A DNA stretch of 32,000 nucleotides from contig FP565575.1 of assembly GCA_000091165.1 (NCBI GenBank), positions 2,430,001-2,462,000 of the forward strand, written 5' to 3'. The notes under the pieces were generated by a model. The model saw nothing but the letters and a program-made list of their open reading frames with translations. It ran no database searches and had not been told where the DNA came from. The stretch comes from Candidatus Methylomirabilis oxygeniifera. Lineage in GTDB: Bacteria; Methylomirabilota; Methylomirabilia; Methylomirabilales; Methylomirabilaceae. Positions 1-8,397 of this stretch are shown piece by piece (within the stretch, counting starts at the first letter, position 1; each line of letters starts with the position of its first letter). The position numbers were made by a program, and so were the translations under genes.

Positions 1-1
1 G

Positions 2-346
2 AGTAACTTCAAGGCCGATTTCTTCAAGGCGCTGGCGCATCCGCTGAGGATCTCGATCCTGGATGCGTTGCGCACCGGAGAGCTGACGGTGAATGAGATC
101 AGTCGGCAATTTGGCGTCGAGCCAGCCAATGCCTCGCAGCAGCTTGCAGTCCTTCGCAATAAGGGGATTGTGGTGGCCCGTAAGGAGGGGTCGAGCGTCT
201 ACTACTCCGTGAGCGACCCGGCCATCTTTAAGCTGCTTGATGCGGCGAGAGAAATCTTTAACAACCATCTGATCGGCGTTCGCGGGATGCTTGAAGAGAT
301 ACGACTCGAACAGACGCAGACGCCCAAGCGCCGCGGAGAGAGATAG
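2..346 (+). CDS. ArsR/SmtB-family transcriptional regulator (5' partial; the frame is open to the window edge)
   Basis: Translation from nt 2 reads SNFKADFFKALAHPLRISILDAL..GELTVNEI...ANASQQLAVLRNKGIV..RKEGSSVYYS. This is the classic ArsR winged-HTH signature (HPxRxxIL, QHLxxL-like recognition helix, VYY wing). Confidence 0.85.
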   Translation, partial: SNFKADFFKALAHPLRISILDALRTGELTVNEISRQFGVEPANASQQLAVLRNKGIVVARKEGSSVYYSVSDPAIFKLLDAAREIFNNHLIGVRGMLEEIRLEQTQTPKRRGER

Positions 347-387
347 AAACATCGCCGCAGTAAGGTTATAGGAGAACTCAGACTGAG

Positions 388-906
388 ATGTTGGCACTGC
401 TGAGAAAGATCTGGACCACACCGGTGGTGGCTGAGCCGCTGGCACCGACAGATGACGACAGACAGATCGAGGCCATCGCGCGGCAGGTCGATGATCGCGC
501 AAGACGACTCTTCGGCCGCTCGCTCCACATCCGGGAAGTGGATGCGGGCTCGTGCAACGGGTGCGAGCTGGAGATCGGGGCGCTGAATAATCCCTACTAT
601 GACTTAGAGCGGTTTGGAATGCATTTCGTCGCCTCACCGCGCCATGCGGATTGCCTGCTGGTCACGGGCCCGGTCACACGCAATATGGCCGACCCCCTCA
701 AACGGACCTATGACGCAACCCCCGACCCAAAGATCGTCGTCGCCGTCGGTGACTGCGCCAGGGATTGCGGAATCTTTGCAGGCGGCTATGGAGTAGTAGG
801 ACCGGTGTCAGCCATTGTGCCGGTCGATGTGGTCGTCGGCGGCTGCCCGCCGTCCCCGTCGATGATCCTGGCCGGGATCCTGGCAGCGCTCGAAAGGCGC
901 ATGTAA
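388..906 (+). CDS. NuoB/HycG-HyfI-like small subunit of a group-4 hydrogenase-related complex
   Basis: Motifs GSCNGCELEI, ASPRHADCLLVTGPVT, VAVGDCA and GGCPPSP are present. This is the four-Cys pattern that binds the N2-type [4Fe-4S] cluster in NuoB/HycG homologues. Confidence 0.85.
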   Translation: MLALLRKIWTTPVVAEPLAPTDDDRQIEAIARQVDDRARRLFGRSLHIREVDAGSCNGCELEIGALNNPYYDLERFGMHFVASPRHADCLLVTGPVTRNMADPLKRTYDATPDPKIVVAVGDCARDCGIFAGGYGVVGPVSAIVPVDVVVGGCPPSPSMILAGILAALERRM

Positions 907-911
907 ATAAG

Positions 912-1060
912 TATTAACAATCTCATTATTGAATCGACTTCCATTGAGAAAATCTCCCCTCGCCCCTCTTTTTCAAAGAGGGGTTAACCCTCCCTTTGGC
1001 AAAGGGAGGTGAGGAGGGTTTGTTTGATAATGTAAAACTATTATGGCGAGACTGTTAATA
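912..1060. repeat. MITE/REP-like insertion in the gap between the small-subunit gene and the hyfB-like gene
   Basis: Imperfect terminal inverted repeats: TATTAACAATCTC (912-924) versus the reverse complement of GAGACTGTTAATA (1048-1060), 12/13 identical. They enclose two G/C-rich hairpins (CCCCTCTTT-ttc-AAAGAGGGG and CCCTCCCTTT-ggc-AAAGGGAGG). The outer flanks are AT-rich. Confidence 0.5.
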
Positions 1061-1082
1061 TGTTCAGCACAAGGATGGCTCG

Positions 1083-3122
1083 GTGACAATGGCGCTCAGT
1101 GAAGCGGTGACGCTGAATTTACTGCTCCTGACGCTCGGGGGCTTTGGCGTCGGCGCGGCAGGGGCGGTGCTGGCAGCGCGCCACCCGCGCGTCTCGCGAT
1201 TAGCGGGGCACGCGTGCGCGCTTATCGGCGCCGTGGGCGCCCTGGCGCTCGGCGCGGCAGGCCTGGCAGGCAGTACACTGGACGTGATGGTCCCAGCGCT
1301 CCTCCCTGTTGGCGGACTCTCTCTCGGCATGGATCGCCTTAGCGCGTTCTTTGTCCTGGTAATCGCGGTCGCAGCGATCCCATCTACAGTCTATGCCATC
1401 ACCTATACCCGCGCCTATGAAGGAAAATCGTCACTGGCGGGGATGGGGCTCGGGTTCAACGCCTTCCTCGCCGGGATGGTGCTCGTCGTGTTGGCCCGCA
1501 ACGTACTGACGTTCCTGGTCATGTGGGAGGCGATGTCGCTGGCGTCGTATTTCCTCGTAATGACAGAGGCTGAGCATAGGGACACGCAGGATGCGGGCTG
1601 GCTCTATCTGGTGACAACGCATGCAGGCTTCGCGTGTCTGCTGATCGGCTTTCTCGTTATGGCGCATGGGACCGATACGATGAACCTGAGTGAATGGCGC
1701 GCCGCATCAGCGACATTAAGCGGCCCAATGCGCCATGCGGTCTTCGTCCTGCTGGCGCTCGGCTTTGGGGCAAAGGCAGGCGTGGTGCCCTTGCATATCT
1801 GGCTCCCTAAGGCCCATCCGGCAGCGCCCAGTCACGTCTCTGCCATGATGTCAGGGGTGATGATCAAACTTGGTATCTACGGGCTTATTCGGATCGGGTT
1901 CGATTGGCTCGGGGTCGGCGCATCCTGGTGGGGCGGTGCAATACTGGTCGTCGCGGCGGTGAGCGCGGTACTCGGCGTCCTGTATGCGTTGGTAGAGTCC
2001 GACCTCAAATGCCTGCTCGCGTATTCCAGCGTCGAGAATATCGGCATCATTCTGCTCGGGGTGGGGGCTGGGATGCTGTTCCAGAGTTACCACCTCGACA
2101 CCCTGGCCTCGCTGGCGCTGGTTGCGAGTCTGTACCACACCGTGAATCACGCCATATTTAAACCCCTCCTCTTCATGGGCGCCGGCGCCGTTGTGCATGC
2201 GACCGGAACCCGCAATATAGAGGAGATGGGCGGCCTTATCAAGCGGATGCCGCAGACTGCCGCCTATTTCCTTGTCGGATCGGTGGCGATTGCGGCGCTG
2301 CCGCCGTTCAACGGCTTTATCAGCGAATGGCTGATATTTCAGTCGCTGCTCCTCAGCTTCCAGATCTCGGCAACAGGAACCAATCTGCTCTTCGCGCTGT
2401 CGATCGCCGCGCTCGCGCTCACCAGTGGGCTCGCGGCGGCTTGCTTCGTGAAGGCCTTCGGGATTACCTTTCTGGCGCTCCCGCGCAGTGAACGGGCCGA
2501 GCAGGCGCGGGAGGCGCCGCGGATGATGCGCGGAGCGATGGGGATATCGGCGGTCGCATGCCTGGCGCTCGGGGTCGCGCCGGTGGGCATTGTGCGCCTC
2601 CTAAATACGACAGTAGCCGATCTGACAGGCGCGCAGGCGGATGTGCACTTCAACTGGAACGTCATTGTCGCGAATGATGCGTTCGCCGTCGTATCGCCGC
2701 TGTGGATTGCGGTCGCATTAATCTTGTTGCTCGCGCTGATTCCGATGGTCTTGCGCGTCCTCGGCGCGACCGCGGCGCGGCGCGCGTACGAGACATGGGG
2801 GTGCGGGCGCGCACTGCAGACGTCGCGCTTTGAATATACCGCGACGGCGTTCGCCAATCCGTTCAAGCGCGTGTTTGGTCTGTTGTACCGTCCGGTGAAG
2901 GAGCTGGACATACAGTTCCATCCGGAATCCCGAATGTTCGTAGAAACCATCGCCTACCGCAATGAGACGCGCTCCATATTCGAGGAGGCGCTGTATGGCC
3001 CGATGTCCAGGCTGGTACAGCGCGGCGCGCAGCGGGCGCGTATTGTCCAGTCGGGGAACGTGCATCTGTATTTATTGTATATCTTTGTGGCGCTGGTGGT
3101 CCTGCTGGCGCTGGCGGGTTAA
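1083..3122 (+). CDS. HyfB/NuoL-like antiporter-type membrane subunit (proton-conducting membrane transporter family)
   Basis: 679-aa polytopic protein with WEAMSLASYFLV, GAKAGVVPLHIWLPKAHPAAPSHVSAMMSGVMIKLGIYG and LAYSSVENIGIIL, typical of the NuoL/M/N-HyfB family. GTG start at 1083 lies 7 nt after AAGGA; an alternative ATG is at 1089. Confidence 0.85.
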   Translation: MTMALSEAVTLNLLLLTLGGFGVGAAGAVLAARHPRVSRLAGHACALIGAVGALALGAAGLAGSTLDVMVPALLPVGGLSLGMDRLSAFFVLVIAVAAIPSTVYAITYTRAYEGKSSLAGMGLGFNAFLAGMVLVVLARNVLTFLVMWEAMSLASYFLVMTEAEHRDTQDAGWLYLVTTHAGFACLLIGFLVMAHGTDTMNLSEWRAASATLSGPMRHAVFVLLALGFGAKAGVVPLHIWLPKAHPAAPSHVSAMMSGVMIKLGIYGLIRIGFDWLGVGASWWGGAILVVAAVSAVLGVLYALVESDLKCLLAYSSVENIGIILLGVGAGMLFQSYHLDTLASLALVASLYHTVNHAIFKPLLFMGAGAVVHATGTRNIEEMGGLIKRMPQTAAYFLVGSVAIAALPPFNGFISEWLIFQSLLLSFQISATGTNLLFALSIAALALTSGLAAACFVKAFGITFLALPRSERAEQAREAPRMMRGAMGISAVACLALGVAPVGIVRLLNTTVADLTGAQADVHFNWNVIVANDAFAVVSPLWIAVALILLLALIPMVLRVLGATAARRAYETWGCGRALQTSRFEYTATAFANPFKRVFGLLYRPVKELDIQFHPESRMFVETIAYRNETRSIFEEALYGPMSRLVQRGAQRARIVQSGNVHLYLLYIFVALVVLLALAG

Positions 3123-3128
3123 GGGCGG

Positions 3129-4073
3129 ATGCTCACACAGATTCTGATCGAAACGATCCAATTACTCATCGTCGGACTTGGCGCACCGCTCCTGGTGGGG
3201 CTGGTTCGGCGGGTGAAAGCCAGACTCCAGGGTCGGCGAGGGGCCGGCCTGCTGCAGCCATACGCCGATCTCCGCAAGCTTCTGGCAAAAGAGGCGGTCG
3301 TGTCGGAGACCACCTCGTGGATCTTTCGGTTTACTCCGTACCTGCTTGCGGCCACGATGCTGCTCTCCGCGCTTCTTGTCCCGCTGCTCACAACCCGGAC
3401 ACCGCTCGGCTTTCTCGGCAACATCATCGTGCTGATGTACCTGTTCCTGCTGGGCACCTTCTTTCTGGCCCTGGCGGGTCTGGATGCCGGCAGTGCGTTC
3501 GGCGGTATGGGATCGAGCCGTGAGATGGCCGTGGCCGCGCTGGCTGAGCCGACCGTAATGATTGCGATCTTCGCGATAGCCTTACGGGCCGGCAATACCG
3601 GTCTCGATGAGATCATCAGGCGCGGCGCAGCCGATTCGCTGTTGCTGCTGACCCCCGGGCATCTGCTGGCATTTATGGCGTTCTTCATCGTGGCGATTGC
3701 AGAGACTGGACGATTGCCGGTTGACAATCCTGCGACGCACCTGGAGCTGACGATGATTCATGAGGCGATGGTGCTGGAGTACTCGGGGCGGCACCTCATG
3801 CTGATCGAGTGGGCGGCAGGGATGAAGCTGCTGATCTTCCTGGCGCTGCTCTCGAACTTATTCTTTCCGTGGGGCGTTGCGCTGACGGTGACGCCGCCGG
3901 CGCTGGCGGTGGCCTTCGTCGCGTTGGTCGCGAAGGTGAGCGTGCTCGCAGTGGGGATCGCGGTGCTCGAAACGGCGGTGGCCAAGTTGCGGCTGTTCCG
4001 CCTGCCGGCGCTGCTGAGCGGATCGTTTGCGCTCGCCCTGTTGGCCGTCATCTCGTTTTTATTCGTCAAATAG
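3129..4073 (+). CDS. HyfC/HycD/NuoH-like membrane subunit
   Basis: 314-aa polytopic protein. It has the RRVKARLQGRRGAGLLQPYADLRKLLAKE loop, GSSREM, and IAETGRLPVDNPATHLELTMIHEAMVLEYSG (the NuoH/HycD E..P.D..E.E.EL signature). Confidence 0.85.
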   Translation: MLTQILIETIQLLIVGLGAPLLVGLVRRVKARLQGRRGAGLLQPYADLRKLLAKEAVVSETTSWIFRFTPYLLAATMLLSALLVPLLTTRTPLGFLGNIIVLMYLFLLGTFFLALAGLDAGSAFGGMGSSREMAVAALAEPTVMIAIFAIALRAGNTGLDEIIRRGAADSLLLLTPGHLLAFMAFFIVAIAETGRLPVDNPATHLELTMIHEAMVLEYSGRHLMLIEWAAGMKLLIFLALLSNLFFPWGVALTVTPPALAVAFVALVAKVSVLAVGIAVLETAVAKLRLFRLPALLSGSFALALLAVISFLFVK

Positions 4074-4082
4074 GTTGGGTGA

Positions 4083-4742
4083 ATGGTGACCGAACTCTTT
4101 CCAAGGCTGGTGACGTTACTCTCGTTCGCAACGCTGGGCGCGGCGTTTCTGCTGATCGTGCGCCGGGACCTCGCCGGACAGGTCCGGATATTCGCGGGGC
4201 AATCGTTGATCCTGGCCATTACCGCGGGGGTCGTCGCCGCATTCACGAGAAGCGTTGCATTGGCCAGTGTCGCGCTGGCGCTGGCGCTCTTAAAGGTAGT
4301 CGTCATTCCGCGCGTACTCAATCGCGCGGTGGCCAAGATCGGGTTACAACGGGCCGCCTTGCCGTATCTGGGCACGCCCGCGACGCTGGTGGTGTGCGGA
4401 GGCCTGGTGGTGATCGCATTTTACGTGATGGCCCCTGTCGCTGCGTCAAATCCGCTCCCTACCGCGGAGGCTATTCCGATCGCCTTTGCCGGCGTACTCA
4501 TCGGCTTTTTTGTAATGGTGAATCGCCGACGCGCACTGACGCAGATCCTCGGCTTCTTAATGCTGGAGAACGGCATATTTCTGCTTGCGCTGCTGGCCAC
4601 CTATGGGGTGCCGTTCATCGTGGAAATGGGCGTATTCCTTGATGTGCTGGTGGCCGTGCTGATCATGGAGGTATTCATCTATCGCATCAAAGAGAATTTT
4701 GATTCGACTGAGGTGGACCGATTGGGGAGGCTGAAGGGGTAA
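4083..4742 (+). CDS. HyfE-like small membrane subunit (NuoK-related)
   Basis: 219-aa hydrophobic protein containing LTQILGFLMLENGIFLLAL. Its position between the HyfC-like and HyfF-like genes matches hyf-type clusters. The stop overlaps the next start (TAATG). Confidence 0.7.
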   Translation: MVTELFPRLVTLLSFATLGAAFLLIVRRDLAGQVRIFAGQSLILAITAGVVAAFTRSVALASVALALALLKVVVIPRVLNRAVAKIGLQRAALPYLGTPATLVVCGGLVVIAFYVMAPVAASNPLPTAEAIPIAFAGVLIGFFVMVNRRRALTQILGFLMLENGIFLLALLATYGVPFIVEMGVFLDVLVAVLIMEVFIYRIKENFDSTEVDRLGRLKG

Positions 4743-6199
4743 TGCTTATCGCGCTGGTGCTGATGCCGCTGGCCGCTGCGGCCATCCTGATGCTGGTACG
4801 CCCACGGGCGTGGCTCGAGTGTATCCACGCGCTCGCGGCGCTTAGTGGACTGGCCGCCGGTCTCATGGTTGCTGCGCGGGTATGGGGGGGCGAGATGCCC
4901 ACTGCCGTCGGGGGACTGCTTCGCGCGGATGGGCTCTCGGCGTTGATGGTCGTCGTGATCACCCTGGTGGGGGCGATCGCCGCGCTGTACGGAATTGGCT
5001 ATATCCGGGCGGAATATGACGACACCCATCTGACACGCGTACGCAGTTTCTTCGCGCTGTTTCACGTCTTCATCTTTACCATGCTCCTGGCAGTCACAAC
5101 CGATAACCTCGGTATCATGTGGGTGGCAATTGAAGGAACGACATTAGCGACAGCCTTTCTGGTGAACCTGCATAACACGCCCAAGTCGTTGGAGGCAGCC
5201 TATAAATACCTCATCCTCTCTTCGGTGGGCATTGCGCTCGCCTTTATCGGTACGGCGCTGATGTATTACGCCGGCGCCTCGCGCGCCGGCGAGATTGCGG
5301 TGAATTGGACCTCTCTCCGAGCCGCCGCATCATCGCTGAATCCCCAGGTCGTCCGGCTCGCCTTCGCCTTCATCCTCATCGGCTACGGGACAAAGGCCGG
5401 CCTGGCGCCGATGCATACGTGGCTGCCGGATGCCCACAGTGAGGCGCCTGCCCCGATCAGCGCATTGATGTCCGGCGTCCTGCTCAACGTGGGACTCTAC
5501 GCAGTAATGCGTTTCAAGGTGGTGACAGACATCGCGGTCGGCGCACACTTCGCCGGCCCCTGGCTGTTAGGCATCGGGCTGCTCTCACTTACAGTGGCCG
5601 CAATCTTTCTTATTGTACCGCGCAATTACAAGCGCATGCTGGCCTATTCAAGCGTCGAACACGTGGGCGTGATCTGCTTGGGATTAGGATTTGGGGGCTA
5701 CTGGGGCGTACTGGGCGCGCTCCTGCACGTGATCAATCATGCGCTGTCAAAGTCGTTGCTGTTTATCCTGTCGGGAAATATCCTGCTGAAATATCAGACC
5801 ACCGACCTTCGCCGGGTGCGCGGACTGTTGCGGGCGTCGCCGTTGACGGCCGGCGCATTTGCAGCGGGCACGCTTGCGCTGCTGGGCCTGCCCCCCTTCG
5901 GGCTGTTCATCAGTGAGTTTCTGATCTTTCGCGCGGGCGTGGAGAGCGGACCTCTGTGGGTCGTCATTCTGGGGGTGGCGCTGCTCGCCGTCATATTCGC
6001 CGGCATGCTCGGCAGCGTGAACCAGATGCTCTACGGAGCGCCCCCGGACAATATGGAACACGGGGATCCGCTCAGGTGGTCGCTGGCGCCGCTGGTAGTC
6101 AATTTCTCCTTATTGCTTGTACTCGGGCTGACGTTCCCGCACGCAGTGGCTGAGGCCCTCGAACAGGCGCTGAGGGTGCTCGGGGTGTCCCATGCCTGA
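4742..6199 (+). CDS. HyfF/NuoM-N-like antiporter-type membrane subunit
   Basis: GTKAGLAPMHTWLPDAHSEAPAPISALMSGVLLNVGLYA and LAYSSVEHVGVI motifs. Overlaps the downstream gene by 8 nt. Confidence 0.85.
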   Translation: MLIALVLMPLAAAAILMLVRPRAWLECIHALAALSGLAAGLMVAARVWGGEMPTAVGGLLRADGLSALMVVVITLVGAIAALYGIGYIRAEYDDTHLTRVRSFFALFHVFIFTMLLAVTTDNLGIMWVAIEGTTLATAFLVNLHNTPKSLEAAYKYLILSSVGIALAFIGTALMYYAGASRAGEIAVNWTSLRAAASSLNPQVVRLAFAFILIGYGTKAGLAPMHTWLPDAHSEAPAPISALMSGVLLNVGLYAVMRFKVVTDIAVGAHFAGPWLLGIGLLSLTVAAIFLIVPRNYKRMLAYSSVEHVGVICLGLGFGGYWGVLGALLHVINHALSKSLLFILSGNILLKYQTTDLRRVRGLLRASPLTAGAFAAGTLALLGLPPFGLFISEFLIFRAGVESGPLWVVILGVALLAVIFAGMLGSVNQMLYGAPPDNMEHGDPLRWSLAPLVVNFSLLLVLGLTFPHAVAEALEQALRVLGVSHA

Positions 6200-7775
6200 T
6201 CTGAACGGTGTCGCCCGGCAGCTTCGCGCGACGGCGCTGAAGCTGACCGACCTTCGGGTGTACCCTCCGCGGGAGGTGCGAGTCAACATCGAACGGGATG
6301 AGCTACCTCCGTTTGCCGATTATGTGCGTGACAGGTTTTGCGCGAAGCCTGAACTGATCGTGGCGGAGGATACACGCGCAGAGCGCGGGGCCTTTACGTT
6401 GCGCTACCTCTTCGAACTCGAAGGCGTGGATCTGTTCATCGTCGCGTCGGCGGCAGTCCTGGAGAACGACCGTCGATTTCCGTCGCTTGCAACGCGCTGG
6501 TATCTGGCCAGTCGCTTCGAGCGCGAGATGCATGATCTGTTCGGCCTTCTACCGACCGGTCACCCCGACCTGCGTCGTCTGCCGTTGCATCAGTTCTGGC
6601 CCGCAGCCTATCACCCGCTGCTGAAGGACGCCCCATCGCCCCCTGCATTTGCGGATGATGGTACGCCCTTCCCGTTTCGCCGCGTGGAGGGCGAGGGGAT
6701 CCATGAGATCACCGTCGGCCCGGTGCATGCAGGCATTATCGAGCCGGGCCATTTCCGGTTCAGTGTCGAGGGCGAGACCATCGTGAATCTCGAGTCCCGG
6801 CTCTATTTCGTGCACAAGGGGATCGAGCGGCTCTTTGAGACAGTCCCGCTCATCCGCGGGGTGGAGCTGGCTGAACGGATTTCCGGCGACAGCAGCGTGG
6901 CGCACGCGCTCGCGTTCTGCCAGGCGCTCGAATCGCTGACGGCGCTACAGATCCCGCCTCGCGCGGCCTACCTGCGTGTGGCGCTGCTTGAATTGGAACG
7001 GCTCTACAATCACATCGCGGATGTCGGCGCGATCTGCACGGATACCGGCTTTGCGGTCGCAAATACGCATGCCATGAGGATTCGTGAAGATATACTGCGT
7101 CTGAATGCCCGATTAGCCGGCCATCGTCTGCTTCGCGGAACGCTGATCGCGGGCGGTGTGAGGTGTGACTTCACGGCAGAGCAGATCGCCGATGCGCGGG
7201 AGACGGTGAGGCGCGCAGTCAGTGACTTCGACGAGGTGGTGGAGATCGCGCTGAATAACGGTCTGGTGCTGGACCGCCTGCACGGGACAGGGCACCTGTC
7301 GAATCAGACCGCGCGCGAGCTGCAGGTCGTCGGGCCGGCGGCGCGCGCCAGCGGGATCGATCGGGATGCCAGACGGGATCATCCCTTTGCCGCGTATGCG
7401 GATCTGCCGCCGCATGTGCCGGTGTACAGTGAAGGCGATGTCTGGGCGCGACTGATGGTGCGGGTAGAGGAGGCGCGCGAGGCCGCTCATCTGATCATGC
7501 GCGCATTGGGCGAGATCCCCGAGGGTAAGGTCTCGGCGCCGCTCCCGGCATTGCCGGCGGGCGCGAGCGGGTTCGGTCTGGTTGAGGGGTGGCGCGGGCC
7601 GATCTGGCACTGGCTTGTCGCCGGCGAGCAGAATCGGCTTACGCGCGCGAAGATCAAAGATCCGTCATTCGCCAACTGGCCGGCGCTTCATTACGCCATC
7701 CTGAAAAACATCGTGCCGGATTTTCCGCTCGTCAATAAAAGCTTCAACCTGTCGTACGCGGGCAACGATTTGTAG
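6192..7775 (+). CDS. Fused NuoC-NuoD / HycE-HyfG-like large subunit lacking the [NiFe] cysteine ligands
   Basis: The N-terminal part carries FEREMHDLFGL..GHPDLRRL, as in the NuoC 30-kDa domain. The C-terminal part carries ITVGPVHAGIIEPGHFRF and LERLYNHI, as in the NuoD/large-subunit fold. SGDSSVAH (6882-6905) sits where CGxCxxxH is expected. The C-terminus NLSYAGNDL (7746-7772) sits where DPCxxCxxR is expected. Confidence 0.85.
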   Translation: MPDLNGVARQLRATALKLTDLRVYPPREVRVNIERDELPPFADYVRDRFCAKPELIVAEDTRAERGAFTLRYLFELEGVDLFIVASAAVLENDRRFPSLATRWYLASRFEREMHDLFGLLPTGHPDLRRLPLHQFWPAAYHPLLKDAPSPPAFADDGTPFPFRRVEGEGIHEITVGPVHAGIIEPGHFRFSVEGETIVNLESRLYFVHKGIERLFETVPLIRGVELAERISGDSSVAHALAFCQALESLTALQIPPRAAYLRVALLELERLYNHIADVGAICTDTGFAVANTHAMRIREDILRLNARLAGHRLLRGTLIAGGVRCDFTAEQIADARETVRRAVSDFDEVVEIALNNGLVLDRLHGTGHLSNQTARELQVVGPAARASGIDRDARRDHPFAAYADLPPHVPVYSEGDVWARLMVRVEEAREAAHLIMRALGEIPEGKVSAPLPALPAGASGFGLVEGWRGPIWHWLVAGEQNRLTRAKIKDPSFANWPALHYAILKNIVPDFPLVNKSFNLSYAGNDL

Positions 7776-7822
7776 GCTCGTGTGTCCCGAACCTTTCACT
7801 CCTTTCAAGTTCTGTTCTGACC

Positions 7823-8215
7823 CGTCATTCCGCCTGCCTGTGCGTCTCTGCACGCAGACAGGTGCTTGACACGCCTGCCCCGTACTGGATACGGGGGAAT
7901 CCAGTCGAGCCCTCTGCATACCGGCGCCTGCCCCGGACTCCGATCCGGGGTCCGCCGGGTATGACGCACTCGCGGCAAGCCGCGGGGAATGAACCCTCTG
8001 AGGATTTAAGCCTGCTGGAGGAAGTACCATCGGCTAACAACCCTTTTTCACACATCATTGCAAGCCGAAGGCGAAGCAATCTCACCGTTCTTCATGACCC
8101 GCAGAGCAAAACGGGTGGATTGCCACGCTCCCGTTGGTCGCTCGCAATGACGACGCTACCGGGCCGATCTCTCGGCGAGGACTGCAAGTACATGGGGACA
8201 CTCCCCCGGAGCCCC
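7823..8215. repeat. Array of REP-like palindromic units in the intergenic tract
   Basis: Several independent stem-loops. CCCCGTA-ctgga-TACGGGG. CCCCGGA-ctccga-TCCGGGG, nested inside CATACCGGCG...CGCCGGGTATG. The ATTGCAAGC..GCAATCTC / GGATTGC..CTCGCAATGACG unit (8057-8152). GGACACT..AGTGTCC (8196-8225). ORFs across this tract translate to typical REP junk such as ...SQ*/AMT-like endings. Confidence 0.6.
8057..8152 (+). repeat. ATTGCRAGC...GCAATCTC / GGATTGC...CTCGCAATGACG element, copy 1
   Basis: Same bipartite box arrangement and orientation as 17381-17454. Four ATTGC/GCAAT boxes form two small hairpins. Confidence 0.6.
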
Positions 8216-8236
8216 GGTAGTGTCCTAATTTGAAAG
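8216..8236 (+). repeat. Left 21-bp direct repeat flanking the low-GC island
   Basis: GGTAGTGTCCTAATTTGAAAG versus GGTAGTATCCTGATTTGGAAG at 17172-17192. 18/21 are identical and all three differences are G/A transitions. Confidence 0.6.
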
Positions 8237-8304
8237 GGCCTCCCCTGCGGGCGGCATAGGAATTGCTTGACAAGTCATGAGTTCTCGTCATGTCATGATT
8301 TTGC

Positions 8305-8334
8305 TTGACAGGGTAGCAAGAACATATATATAAA
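8305..8334 (+). promoter_or_regulatory. sigma70-like promoter candidate upstream of pyrF
   Basis: TTGACA (8305-8310), then a 17-18 nt spacer, then ATATAA/TATAAA (8328-8334). It lies about 65 nt upstream of the first ATG. TTGCTTGACA occurs twice (8263-8272 and 8301-8310). Confidence 0.45.
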
Positions 8335-8397
8335 TATCCCCAACGTGTGTGACTATATTGATTCAATATACGTGATGCCTAATTTGGAAAGGGGTGA

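Noticed and set aside
1043-1059. sigma54-like -24/-12 element (TGGCGAGACTGTTAAT) upstream of the hyfB-like gene
   Set aside because: The -12 region is TTAA rather than TTGC, and the sequence is part of the MITE-like terminal repeat. No other convincing TGGCAC-N5-TTGCA element was seen by eye in the window.
3119-4642. ORFs 3119-3727(-), 3758-4375(-) and 3809-4642(+)
   Set aside because: They overlap the HyfC-like and HyfE-like membrane-protein genes. Their Arg/Ala/Pro/Ser-rich translations are characteristic of off-frame GC-rich sequence.
7823-8215. CRISPR array
   Set aside because: The repeats are heterogeneous palindromes without regular repeat-spacer periodicity, and no cas genes are present.
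7665-8366. ORFs 7665-8030(-), 7825-8085(-), 7862-8233(+) and 8082-8366(-)
   Set aside because: They run through the REP-like palindrome array. Their sequences are the familiar pseudo-proteins produced by such repeats, and they have no start context or motifs.
7776-8397. tRNA or tmRNA gene as the integration target at the island edges (also checked 9223-9313 and 17065-17577)
   Set aside because: I could not fold any cloverleaf or find a GTTCRANNC T-loop box in these tracts by eye. A tRNAscan-SE/ARAGORN run would settle it.
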